A stretch of DNA of 64,000 nucleotides from the NCBI GenBank assembly GCA_020891255.1, contig BQFW01000012.1, positions 2,604,001-2,668,000 on the forward strand, in the 5' to 3' direction. Position 1 is the stretch's first letter, and every line of letters begins with the position of its first letter. Of this stretch, positions 36,820 through 49,290 are shown one piece after another. The position numbers were made by a program, and so were the translations under genes. This DNA is from Entomortierella parvispora E1425. Lineage: Eukaryota; Fungi; Mortierellomycota. The notes below the pieces were generated by a model. The model searched no databases. It was not told the DNA's origin and saw only the letters and a list, made by a program, of their open reading frames with translations.

Positions 36820-37384
36820 ACCCCTTTTATATTCTTGCTCAAGTTTATCTCCCTTTCTTTTTTTCTGTTGCTCTTCGTTCTATATCGCTTCTTCTCTCTC
36901 TCTTTTTTTTTTCCGGTCCAAATAAAATAAAAATTCGCTTTCTCAAGACCTTTCCAGGTACCATCATCGCCACAATGAAAATGAAGATTGTCTGTTCCCA
37001 GGAAAACACATGGCGACTTAAGTTGCCAGGCAAGAACAACCATCGCACTGTGGTGGAGACTGGGCGCAATTCCCTGGCGGAACAGGTGGTTACGGGGACT
37101 TGAAAAAAAGGCTATTATCTCTTCATCGACAGTGGGGGGTCATGGCGCTGTCGCACAGAGCCTTGTCGCAAGAGCGCGAATCAAAAAACTAGGAGAAGGG
37201 GTCATTGGGGTTGGCTTTTCTTGTTTCGAAGAGGGCAGGTCAGCAGCATCTGCTCTTCTTTGCAGGACAATCCATGCACTCTCTTCCCTTGCTTGTCAAT
37301 GAGCTGGGTAACTTGCACAAAAAAAATCAAAAAAAAAAAAAAAATGGACCTTTATTTCAACAGCGTTCGTTGGGGCAATGATAA

Positions 37385-37954
37385 TCAGTGCGTGCCTGAG
37401 CGAGAAAGGGACTTTGACCGTGACAGCTCATCGTAAGCAGGAGGATCAAACAGGTCGGTCGACCGCAGTCGAGAAACGGCGGGAGGCGGGGCGCGTGGTC
37501 TTGAGGGCGGGCGTGTGGCTCCAATCTGGACTGGCGCACTCTCATCCAGCCGTCGGTCACTCAAGTGAAAGTGATAGTCGGGCGGCACTGGGGACCGGAG
37601 CAACCAAGGAGTGCAAAGGCAGAACGGAAAAAAAAATACATGTTGAAAAAAAAAAAAAAATGAAAAAACTTGCGATGGTCAGCAACGGCCTCATGTCGTA
37701 TTTCACAACTGTTTGACCGTGGTTGTTGGCTCATTACCTTCACAATCGTGTTCCTTCTGCAGCTGTTTCTTTGCTCTTCTCTTGGCGAGGTAGACTCGGC
37801 CAAAGAAGGCCACAGCAACCAGGAACGCCACACCGAGGATCACATAGATGTAACTTCCAGATGTATCAAATTCAGAGGCATCGGCACTTCCCGAAACCTG
37901 GGCTGGGCCCAATGTGGTGGGACTGGGATTGAGGGATACAGGAGTAGGAGACAT
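37385..37954 (-). CDS. Small single-pass membrane protein with PPxY motifs (A); exons 37954-37738 and approx. 37588-37385
   Basis: MSPTPVSLNPSPTT..., TM YIYVILGVAFLVAVAFFGRVYL, then AKRRAKK. A phase-1 intron joins to VPPDY...DPPAY. Confidence 0.7.
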
Positions 37955-38834
37955 GGCAAACAAGATGTAGTAAAGTGGAGTGGAACTTGTTGGGTGGTTT
38001 TTCTCGTTTCTCGTTCTTTGAGGGACGGATGAAGTTGTCAAATGTCGACTGGAGGAGCAATGCAGATGATGGGTATTCGAAGGAGTTGTATGGAGAATCG
38101 TGAAATAAAGGTTGAACAAGAGACAAAAGAGAAAAAGAGAGAGGCTGGCGCTGGGCAGATGGACAAGTGAATGTGAAATGAAATATAAGAAGATGATGAA
38201 AAACTGTCCAAGAAGGGAGAGCGTCTGTCCTTTGTTCATGAAGACCGCCGCTCCTAGGGGGCAACAGAGGACACGGTCAATAAATGCAAGCTATCCAACT
38301 GACCACCCCTTACTTTAAACAATCCAATTTCCACCCTCCATGGGGGAGGCACCGAGCGCTGTTGCAACGGAAACTAAACCCCTCTTGCCCCCTTGTTTGA
38401 TCCTGCAACTCGGGCAACCACAGGTGGTCTGGCCGTGTGTTTTTTTTTTTTCTTTTTTTTTTTCTTGGACTGGACTGAGCAACTGAGCAAATCAGCCCGA
38501 TTAGCTGTGCAGGGACCTTGATCTCGAGGCGCTCTGGGCTAAGTAGCTGACACCGAGCTGGGATACCACGCGGGTTCTTTTTATTCCAAGGAATGGGGTC
38601 CAGTCTACTCTCAAGATCGGGGTCATTGGACTTGATCTGCGACCGTCCAACGGCTACGACTTTTAAAATAGACTTGCTTCCACACATTCTCTCTTCCTCG
38701 GAGGATGTCTTCCACCATTCAAAGCGTGCGTTCTTTCCTGAATACAGCGCCGATTGTTTTGTTACAAAAGATGAAAAGTCAATGAGTGCGAGAATGTTAT
38801 TATACAAAAAAAAATGTGGAGATGGGCAAACTAT

Positions 38835-40142
38835 TTAGTTATAGTCTGGTGGTAGTTGTGGTGGCGCTTCTTCTGGAGGCAAGGGGATATATGGAGGGGG
38901 ACCTTGGCTTCGAAGTCGATTAAGGGTTGGTTGCAAGATACCGGAACGACTGATACCACCAAGCTCTGTCATCTGATCTTCCGTATTGCTTTCAGGTGCT
39001 GGGTTCTGGACCGCAGATCCGCGCCTTCCTCTAGACCCAGCTCCGCGTATGTGTCTGTCAGCAGTGAAGCTAAAGACCGGAGAGGGTGCACTGATCGCTG
39101 GTCCAGCAGGTGATTGTGTGATTTCATTGGGAATATTAGCGCTGGGGGCAGCAATTGACCGAGTGAGAGGTGAGGTCGGTGGAGAAAGAGTGGTGGTGGT
39201 AGTCGTCGTTGTGGTCGTGGTCGTGACGGTCGTGAGGATAGGTCGGGATGTATTCGGGTCGATTTGAAGCGGCGATTCAGATGGTTGTTCGGATCCAAGT
39301 AAACCGTGTTGCGACGAGAGCGAGTCTCGCTGGCTGCGGGTGCGTTGCGTCGCCAAGTGCAGCTGGTAATGAACTTGCTCCGGGTACGCCACTGATATCT
39401 CTGGGTCCACATAAGGTTGGTCAAGGACATAGGCGCGGTACTGGGGCGGCGGGCATCCGGCTAAAAGGTTCATGAAAAAAGAGAACAATAAGCTTAGTCG
39501 GGGAAATTTAGGTCTGTGCAGCTGGCTCGCGCTGTCACGATGACGATCTCTGAATTTCATTTTTTTTCCCTATCTCTCTCTTCACTGCTCGTTCCTGCGT
39601 CCCTCATTCTCGCTGTCCCCTTATTCCATCAGGGATGCAATGAGAGCCACTAGCCGGCAATCTGGAGCAAGAGGGGTAGGAGGAGGAGGAGGAAGGGGGG
39701 GAGAGAAAGGAGAGGAGAGACTCTCCGCTGCGGAGCCCAGTCTCTGAGACGTAGATCTGTGGACGTTGTTCTTACCTTCGTCAACCTCCTCTGCGCGGTT
39801 TGTGCCTCCGTGTACGCTCCCGTTCTCTAACTGTCCTTCACCACCTTCAAGAGCGAGTCTTCGTAACCTGCGGTCGCGTCGGACCTTGTGAATAGTATAG
39901 AGAATCGCGGCCAAGATACCCAAGAAGACAACAAACGAGACGGCCATCTCGACAGATTGTCCAGCCCCAGAGCCACCAGAGGTCGAGGTACCGCCGCTGA
40001 CTGTTGTTGTTGTGGGGGCAGGCGCAATTGAATCTGTTGGAGTGTAAGAGGGTGGTATCGTGAAAATGGAATGTGTGGCATATGGCACTGTGTAGGTGGG
40101 TGACGCCGAAGAGGACGCCGTTGTGATCAATGGGGTCGCCAT
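38835..40142 (-). CDS. Single-pass membrane protein with PPxY motifs (B); exons 40142-39776, 39460-38835
   Basis: S/T-rich N-terminus, TM MAVSFVVFLGILAAILYTI, then HKVRRDRRLRR. Phase-1 intron 39461-39775 joins to AGCPPPQY...GPPPY...LPPDYN*. Confidence 0.75.
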
Positions 40143-40801
40143 TGGAGTTTTCGATATGCAGGGACAGAGTAAAGCTCAATGGTGTAGAAGAGGTGTCTGA
40201 GAAGAGGGTGGGGTTGGCGGATGAAAAAAAAAAAAAAGGTTGCAGGACGGAAAGGAAGAGGATGAAGAGACAGACAGCCAGGACGAAGATGAACTAAGAG
40301 GCCGTGCCCCGAGCACATGTGAGTATTTATATCTTTGTTTTTCCTGCCCTAATGCCCACCCCTCGTGCAGACATCTCTCAGGTATCAACAGTTGCGGGGG
40401 GTGAAAAGGCACGACCGAGGCCCTGCCATCAATTTGTCTCTGCCGTTTTTTTTTTTTCTTCTTTGCGCCAGGGGCACCTGGTACTTTTCATCCCGCTGGA
40501 CAGGGCATTGATAAGAGACGAGAAGCTGCGAGCCCTTCATCAACCCCATGCAATCGAGCAACACACACGCTCACCATAATGACGACAATTGCACTACCTT
40601 TGCACAAACAGCGCCCGGGTGAATGTGTTTCCCGGCAGAGCACCCCTTAATTTCAACATATGTTACCGGGCGTGGGTGTCACGTTCTCACGTCACCGTCG
40701 TCCTCCTCCGCCCAGGCCACTTTCTTTGATGCACCAACTCACACCACACTTTATTTTTTTTTGCCGCTCTTTTTACGTCTCCTCAACTCAGCATAGGCCA
40801 G

Positions 40802-41281
40802 CCCTTCCTCCCCTCGTGCACCTTCACAATTATCGCTCTGCATCCCTACCGTTCCTTCCTCCGTCTCCTGTCCCTCCTCCTCTCGTTCCTTGCCCTTGTT
40901 TTGGCCATGGCCCACCGTTTCGATCTTGCCACCTATACATACTTTGATGTCAAGGTCCAGCCAGAGGCCGTGGACCAGGTCCTGGCCTCTACTCGCGCCG
41001 CCTCCGCCTCTCACAATGGCTCTCTAGTAGGGGTCGAGTACATGGGCCATGTAGGCGAACTCACCAACCACCTCCTCTTCCGGGCGCCAAAGCACAATCC
41101 TGCTTACCACTCCAGCCAAGGACCAGCGCTTCCTACTGGATCGGGTCCGCAACCACATGTTGACGAGGAGCAAGAGGATCAAAGAAATAAGCAAATTGTG
41201 GACACTATTTCAGCCATCCATGGAGTCGTTCATGTGGATGTCCAAAGTCTGCGTCAACGTCCAAAGAGAGATGAGCTTTGA
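40802..41281 (+). CDS. Stand-alone subtilisin/kexin (S8) prodomain-like protein ending in KRDEL; true start uncertain (ATG at 40907, or upstream exon near 40660)
   Basis: YTYFDVKV...GVEYMGHVGELTNHLLFRAPK...AIHGVVHVDVQSLRQRPKRDEL*. An in-frame hydrophobic stretch RSFLRLLSLLLSFLALVLAMA precedes it. Confidence 0.65.
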   Translation, partial: PFLPSCTFTIIALHPYRSFLRLLSLLLSFLALVLAMAHRFDLATYTYFDVKVQPEAVDQVLASTRAASASHNGSLVGVEYMGHVGELTNHLLFRAPKHNPAYHSSQGPALPTGSGPQPHVDEEQEDQRNKQIVDTISAIHGVVHVDVQSLRQRPKRDEL

Positions 41282-41493
41282 GTCGTGGTGCCGCAAGTGT
41301 CACCTTGACGGCGTGAACATTCATAGAAAATACTGTACATAATATATGAGGAGGAATTATCTGATCTGTTTTGTCCGAGAAAGGTGATTTCTTGGCCCAA
41401 GGTTGCAATTCGCCACGTAGTGTCTGCGGAGGAAATTGTCGTCCACTTTTGCGGGGCGTGCACACGATCACATACCAGCTGAAGCACAAGTCT

Positions 41494-43588
41494 TTATTCA
41501 GTTCGCATAGATACCAGTACATCCGTATGACGGAGCCTTCCGACTATTTGTTGAACAAAATCCATGGCTCCCTGGTCAGGCTGAGGGTGTTTGTCAAGAT
41601 AGATGACGACCATTGAAACGTGAGGATCTACCCTCGCAACATAATACGTGCATCCAATCTTGCGATCGTAAAAATATTGGGTGCGATATTGCTGTAGAAT
41701 GTTGATGCTGCCCTGCATGATGGATATAATGTTTGGCCAGTGATCGCGAGGCGGGTCCTATTGATGAACAAGATGCTCAGAGTCAATAGACAATCAAAGG
41801 TCTGAAAGTAATAACATCCTCTCGTACTTACTGGAGGGTAACTGTAAATGCAGGGAAATGAGTTGAGGCCTGTGGGTGATTCATAGGGAGCGTTTGCACT
41901 CACAAACCCCGTAGGTGAAAAACGCACCTCAGGCGAAATTTGATACACAAATGACACGCTGTGTGCCCCTGCCTTTTTCCTGAATATCCGGATCCTATAG
42001 GTGTACGAGCAGCGATGTTATTCAGAGGAAAGGTCAATGTCATTCTGAAGGATTTTGGCGCTCATTCTTACAGTCCATGCAAATCTGGGTCCATGTTTGC
42101 CCACAAAGTTCTTTCGTCTCCGCCGAGAAGCTGCTCTTTTTCAAGCAAATTATCCATAAAGTACAGGGTCATCTTTGTTTTCTCGCTTGCAATCCAACGT
42201 CCGAGCCAGAGCAAATGGTTTGGGTGAAGATTCAGTTTCCCAGACTTGTTAGATTTGCTCTATCGGGAGAAACAAGTTTTAGTATCACACGCTTTGGCTG
42301 AGTGAATGCAGGGTGGTTTCTATTCTCAGTACCTTGTCCTCTCCACTGGAAAATAGGCTGTAGTGCCACGGTGTTTCTTCTGGTCGATGTAATGATTTCT
42401 ATGGCAAAAACAACAATCGATTAGAGGTCATTGTGTAGATGGATGGAGATCTTGAGAAAGAGCAAAGTACTTGAGTCTTACCTCTGCGTATTCCTGCTCT
42501 AAAGTCATTCGTCGCCACTCTGATAACGAAGTTCCAGCTAAATAAAGGTTGGTGGCAGACTTTTGGATTTCATATTCGACAACAGCCTTGTGCATCAGTA
42601 GCCCATGAACCAGTGCCAAGATCTCGCAGTGTAGCCCAGCGCCAAGAACTGTCTGCTGAATTTCCTTCACCTTGGTATTAAACACTTCAAGGACATACTC
42701 GGCTTCTGGCAGTATCTCTGAGGCCTCGATCTCAACTGTCGACAACGACAATTTGCGGTAGCTACCATTCAGGTTTGAAGAACATGAGTTACAAGGTCAT
42801 TCTAGCAAGTGGCAACACTCGATGGTATCCTTTTTGCATCTGTGACTTACATCCCGATCAGTAGCATCCGAAGGATACAGAGCTCTCTGAGAATTGTGTA
42901 CAAAAGAAGTTGATCCGCCACAACGTCTTCTTGTTTCTGGAAACCACTCTGAAGGTGAAGAGTGTTTGTTGGAGAAACATTTGCGGAGGTGAGCTCACCC
43001 GATCGCGTGTTGTTTGGAGATTCTTTTGAGAGCTGTTGCTGTATTCCACCAACATGACTGGATTCTGACATGCCCAGGATTGGTGAAGTATGTCCCGAAG
43101 AACTCTGCCTTACAGACTTTCTCCTGCTTGACTCTGCTGCAGCTATAGATCCTGATCCAGAGTCGTGGTATTGTGACAGTTCGCGTTCAATGTCGCTGAC
43201 AAGCTCGCTGTAAAAATGATAGAGGTGCTATTCAGATCCAGTCCAGAGAAGGTAGTTGACTTGTCAGCATGTGGCATCGCGATCGTGTCCAACATGAAGT
43301 ACGGTTTGCCTTACGTCCTCCCTCCTGAAAATCTTTGGCTTTAGGAACTGCATCGAAGTATATATGCCTTCGGCTTGTGAGATCCTCGAGCAAAAGAAAC
43401 CGGCGGTAGGATGCACCTAAAATTCAAAGACTGACATGTGTTGGTCCGAGTTTGATATCTTTTCAGCGCGTTGCCAGTCAGAAGAAACCCCGTCCCACCT
43501 TGCTCAAGCGCATCATGTGCTTGTTTGCACATGCATAGTCGAAGGAGCCCAGAGCCTTGATGTATTCAGCACAGTCTCTCGAGAACAT
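41494..43588 (-). CDS. KICS2: KICSTOR subunit 2 (C12orf66) homolog; multi-exon
   Basis: Colinear blocks: YIKALGSFDY, SQAEGIYTSM, HPNHLLWL...KMTLYFMDNL...NMDPD, YESPTGLNSFPCIYSYP, DHWPNIISIM, YFYDRKIGCTYYVARVDPHVSMVVIY. These match C12orf66 blocks as recalled ([76 protein letters not shown]). Confidence 0.82.
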
Positions 43589-43857
43589 TGCGTCCGTGGT
43601 CCTTTAGATTTCCCTGGTAGCTCCTGCAGAAGTTGTCCAATGAAGGCGGGGCGTATGAGAAGATGCATGCGTCGTTGCAAACAGGCTTTTTTCCACTTCC
43701 ATCAAACCCGAGGCAATGTGCCCCTTAAGTCACCTCTTGTCCATCCATCTGTGCATGATGACAGCATTGCCCCCTCGATTTGTCCCTTGGAAACCATCCA
43801 TCCATCCATCTCTCCTCCCTCTTCTTCCCGCCTCCATCCATCACCCTTATTCTCACC

Positions 43858-45015
<1,158 letters not shown>

Positions 45016-45508
45016 GATGGGACCTTGAGGACTCGATAGATAGAAAAAATAATGGTGCGGGTCTACTCTGTCGTTGAAAACGCCATGAATAAACAACAAC
45101 TATAATTGCCAATGGAAGGATGGCGTAACGTAACTCGCAACTTGTAGTTAGCCTGTTTGGACGCGGTGTACGCCAGGGCTGTTTCCACAGAGAATGATAA
45201 TAATGAAAGACACAGACGCGACCGAGGCAAAGACAGCACCAGGCAGGAAATAGAACAGGAAAAGAGAAAAAGAAAAAAAAAACTATTTTTAGCGTGAACA
45301 CACACATGTCCGTCGCCATCGTCCCCTGGCGGGAAGGGAAACTTCGCGCACGAACAGTGCCCAAAAGTCCAGTTTTCTTTTTTTTTTTCTTCTTCCTCCC
45401 TTCTTCCCATTGTCGTTCGCTTCCTTCCTCTCTCATCTCTCTCCTTCCTCCCATTTCCCCCTTTTTTTTCTCCTTCCCCCCATACTCGTCATACCCAGCA
45501 CTCACCGC

Positions 45509-46819
45509 ATGCTGCCCACTCGACAATCAACCTCTCCCAGGACAGGAATTGTGGCCCTGGCTGCCCTGGCTGCCCTGGCTGTGCTGCTTCTGCCAAGTTC
45601 AGTCCTCGCCCAATCTGATCCCATTATCCAGTACTGTTCTACAGTTGGATGTGATACCGTCGTTACGCTTCTCGATCCATGCGGCGGTGGTGCCACCAAT
45701 GCCTCGCTGCAGCAGGACCTCATTTACACTCCCACGCCCATTCTCGGCTCTTGCGAATGCAACTCGCAGTTCTTCAATGCCTTCTCCTCCTGTCTGTCCT
45801 GCATCACTTCTCAGGGCAAGAGCAGTCCACAAATTGACAATCAGCAAAACTGGGTTGCCAGCTGCAAGACCTACGGCTTCAACTTCACGGACGCCCCTAT
45901 CAACTTTACACAGCCCATCGTCGGCGGCGACAACAGTGGCTCAGGTGGTGGTATCTCCAAAGGTGCAATCATTGGAATTGTCGTTGCTGTACTTTTGGTG
46001 GCGGCTCTGGCAGGAGCTTTCTTCTTCCTCCGGAATCGCAAGAGAAGGACAAAGGGCAGCATCTTTGAGCGACCTTACATGGCAGCTGGTTCAGGGACTG
46101 GAAGCTATGCAGCCACACCCACTGGATTCAACACAAACTCACACTACCAGAATGCAGACTACCCCCAGGATGACTACACGCCCCAAGGACTGCATGGAGA
46201 CTCTTATTATGACTATAACCAAGGCACCAATACGCAACAATTCCAGCAGTACAGCTCCGAGCAGAACGAGGATGACCTGATGATGACCAACTTGCAACAC
46301 AGCAATTATATCCCACCACCAGTCCCCATGTCGCCCACAGCTCTCGCCGCCGTTGCCTCGCCTCGCCCCTCCGACCAATTCCCCCAAAGCTTGAGGAGCA
46401 AGCCCCTAGGATGGTCTGCCAATCAGCAGGAGGTGACCTCTGACCTGTTGTCGAGCGATCTTCTTCTTCACAACGACAAGGCAGTGTATGAGGACACGGA
46501 CGAGATTGAGCCACCTCGCTCACGCGATCGATTTGTGCACGACCGTGACAACTACTCTGCCCGATCATTGACCCCACCCCGTGCCACCATGCAGTCCTAT
46601 CGCGACGACTTTAGCCGACCCAGCTTTGAGCGTGAACCAAGGTCGAGCGTTGATCGAAGCTGGAATGCCTCCCCTCGAGCAGGCCTAAGAAGCACTCAGG
46701 AGACGGACGATGAAGACGATCGGTCCGCAGGACGGGATACTGTTGCCCAGGAGAGCCCCGAAAGTGCACGAAGACGCCGAGCTGCAGAACTCTTCTCTGC
46801 AGAAGGCACGAGGCGCTAA
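45509..46819 (+). CDS. Type I membrane protein: signal peptide, 8-Cys ectodomain, one TM segment, disordered tail
   Basis: Signal GIVALAALAALAVLLLPSSVLA; eight Cys including CEC and CLSC; TM AIIGIVVAVLLVAALAGAFFFL followed by RNRKRR. Confidence 0.8.
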   Translation: MLPTRQSTSPRTGIVALAALAALAVLLLPSSVLAQSDPIIQYCSTVGCDTVVTLLDPCGGGATNASLQQDLIYTPTPILGSCECNSQFFNAFSSCLSCITSQGKSSPQIDNQQNWVASCKTYGFNFTDAPINFTQPIVGGDNSGSGGGISKGAIIGIVVAVLLVAALAGAFFFLRNRKRRTKGSIFERPYMAAGSGTGSYAATPTGFNTNSHYQNADYPQDDYTPQGLHGDSYYDYNQGTNTQQFQQYSSEQNEDDLMMTNLQHSNYIPPPVPMSPTALAAVASPRPSDQFPQSLRSKPLGWSANQQEVTSDLLSSDLLLHNDKAVYEDTDEIEPPRSRDRFVHDRDNYSARSLTPPRATMQSYRDDFSRPSFEREPRSSVDRSWNASPRAGLRSTQETDDEDDRSAGRDTVAQESPESARRRRAAELFSAEGTRR

Positions 46820-47034
46820 AAAAATAGCCCAGAACATGTCTACCCATCTATCTCTTGCATTATCTCATTTGGTTCTTTTTTTTCCATAATTCCTTCTCCC
46901 TCTCCAACTTATCTATAATAAAATACTGAGAATCGAGGGTAGCGATGGTGTTTGTAAATTTTATTTAAATCTTTGAATGGATTCATATGCAACAGTAGAT
47001 CCGAGAAAGTAAACTTGTTGCAAAAGAACCCCTC

Positions 47035-48596
47035 TCACTCTTCTTCTTCCTCATCCTCTTCTTCGTCGCCACTGCTCCCCGTGGTAGGTCCATTATTTGA
47101 TTGAGAAACGGGCAAAGACCCCGCTGAACTTTGAGTGGATACTTGGTCATTCCCTGGCACTGAAGCTATGGAGGGATTGTTTGTTGATGCGGCCTTTGTC
47201 TCCAATGCTGAGTCTTGGTCATCCATGTCCCTATCCTCGTCGTCGTCGTCTTCGTCCACGAGGATTGTTGATCCAGGTGGCAAGGGCGGCGTATCAAAGA
47301 CAGACGGGGATGGCATGGCCGACGGAGGTCGGTATCCTGGACCGTTGACAGTATGATGGTTATTGTACAAACTGGTGGGTTGATAATTAGGATCCATGCT
47401 GGCCGATATTTGAAGAGTCACTGTTGAAAAAAGAAAAACATGGAAACCACCACAAACCGTCAGTACTACGATTCTCTTTTTGGCGTTGCTTCATTTTTTC
47501 TTTGTGTTTTTTTTTTCTCCCTCCTTGTCAACTTACAAAAGACATTGAGCGCGTACGCGATGAAGAGTCCAAAGGTCAAAGCGGTAGGCCCGATCCGATC
47601 AAAGTAGCGGTCATCGTTCTTTTTCCGGACCACACCCAAATGGCGCCAATGGAAAATGGCAGTCGCGTAGGTGAGGCACAACATGCAGATCACCAACAAC
47701 GCGACACCCACCTGCTGTCCAATCTGGCCAGCTCGACGCGCCAGTTCTTGATCTGGCACGCTTCTTTGGACACTCTCGCCCGAAAAGTTGAGCAGCGTCA
47801 TGGCCAGGGCTCCCAACAGCATCCCAAACTTGATCCAATGGATGAATGTACGCTCGTTCGAGAACAGGACCTTACCCGTCTTGAAGGCATCCTTTTGGCT
47901 TTTGTTCCTTTTTCTTGGATCTACATATCGTTTCCCTGAGGGGGAAATCCCAGTGGCCGTTGGAGGGGGAGGGGGAGGTGCCAAGGGTGTTGATGAAGGC
48001 GACAGAGTATGGAGCAAGAAAGCAGAGGAAGGCTGTGACAGTGGGTCCTTGCTATCCGGATTCCGGGTTCCAGACATCCCATAGACAGAATGTAGGGGTG
48101 GAGGGATGTCCAATGTGAGTTTGTAGGGATTCCAAGAACCAGAGTTATTGTTCCCAATGGTCGAGGTTGTCGTCGCAGTTTTCTGCATGTCTTCTTGTGT
48201 GGCAAGTCCAAGACCCTCTGTCAGCGTCCTGTTGCTGTCTTTGCTTGCTTGTCTTCCATCTTTAATGTAGGGCCAGGGTCGGGGTTCTGAGGAGGGCTTC
48301 GAGCCTCCTAGACCCAAGGATCGCCTCCAGGACATCTTTTGTGAAGCTGGTTGTCCGTCGTCGCTTTTCTCTTCATGTTGAAAAGATGATAGATGGGCTG
48401 AGAGTTCAAGTCGTGGAGGGGAGGCAGCAGAGGTCGACAGATGTGAAAGCCCATCCTCCAGGTCAATAATGGTTTCAGAGGTATCAGCGGCTCCCTTCTC
48501 TGGATGAGGTACTCCAGAAGAGGGCGAGGAATTGTATGTGGAAGCGTTCATGGATCGCGGTGGCGATCCTTGGAGAAGACTCTGACCGACATTCAT
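47035..48596 (-). CDS. Vtc1-like / DUF202 three-TM protein with long N- and C-terminal extensions; 2 exons
   Basis: KVLFSNERTFIHWIKFGMLLGALAMTLLNF, two further TM segments, and YFDRIGP. Start ATG inferred. Confidence 0.75.
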
Positions 48597-49290
48597 GAAG
48601 GAGAGGATGGATGGAGCAGATGCGCCGTTGTAAAAAAAATGGAGAGAAGGTGCAAGGAAGGCCAGAGAGTTGAAACTCGGAGGAAAAGAGAGAAAAGAAA
48701 AAAGGATGGCCGATGCGCGGAATTCGGCTGCTGGGATTTGCAAATGGGTCCAGGACAGGAACCAAAGGGTGATGATGGGGTCAGACAGTAACGAAAGGGT
48801 TGCACAACCAAACAGGATCAAGAAAGAGAGGGAGAGAGAAACATGAGAGAGAAATTGGGCAGATAACGATGATAAATGGCTGCCTTGGACCATGGTGTAT
48901 CTGAATTAAAATTGTGTGTGTCGACCAGGTCGTGTGAGGTGGCCGTCGGGGTCGGGCACGGAGACACGATGGAAGAAAAAAAAAGACGCCAGTGAGGCAC
49001 GTCTCCTTGATTGGAGACCCAAAAATCATATCCTCTTCTGTTCTGCACTGCAAGGCAAGGGACAAGGGCAAGGAGACGCGCAGAGCATGCGCTTTTACAG
49101 ATACAACCCTTGTCCACCGCCCATTTGCCAGCACCACACGATCAACTTTTCTCTTTTGATATATTTACAACGATGAACACTGAAAGAGGGAAAGGGGTAT
49201 AAACTACCAACATGGATCTGCTTCATAACACAGGTACACTGGGAGTTGAGATGGAAAAGAGGGGGTATGGAATGAAAATGAGGAAGAATC

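Noticed and set aside
42825-42878. U12-type GTATCCTT donor-like sequences on both strands
   Set aside because: The plus-strand copy is antisense to KICS2. The minus-strand copy lies in apparently conserved coding sequence (LCILRM) just before a normal GTAAGT donor.
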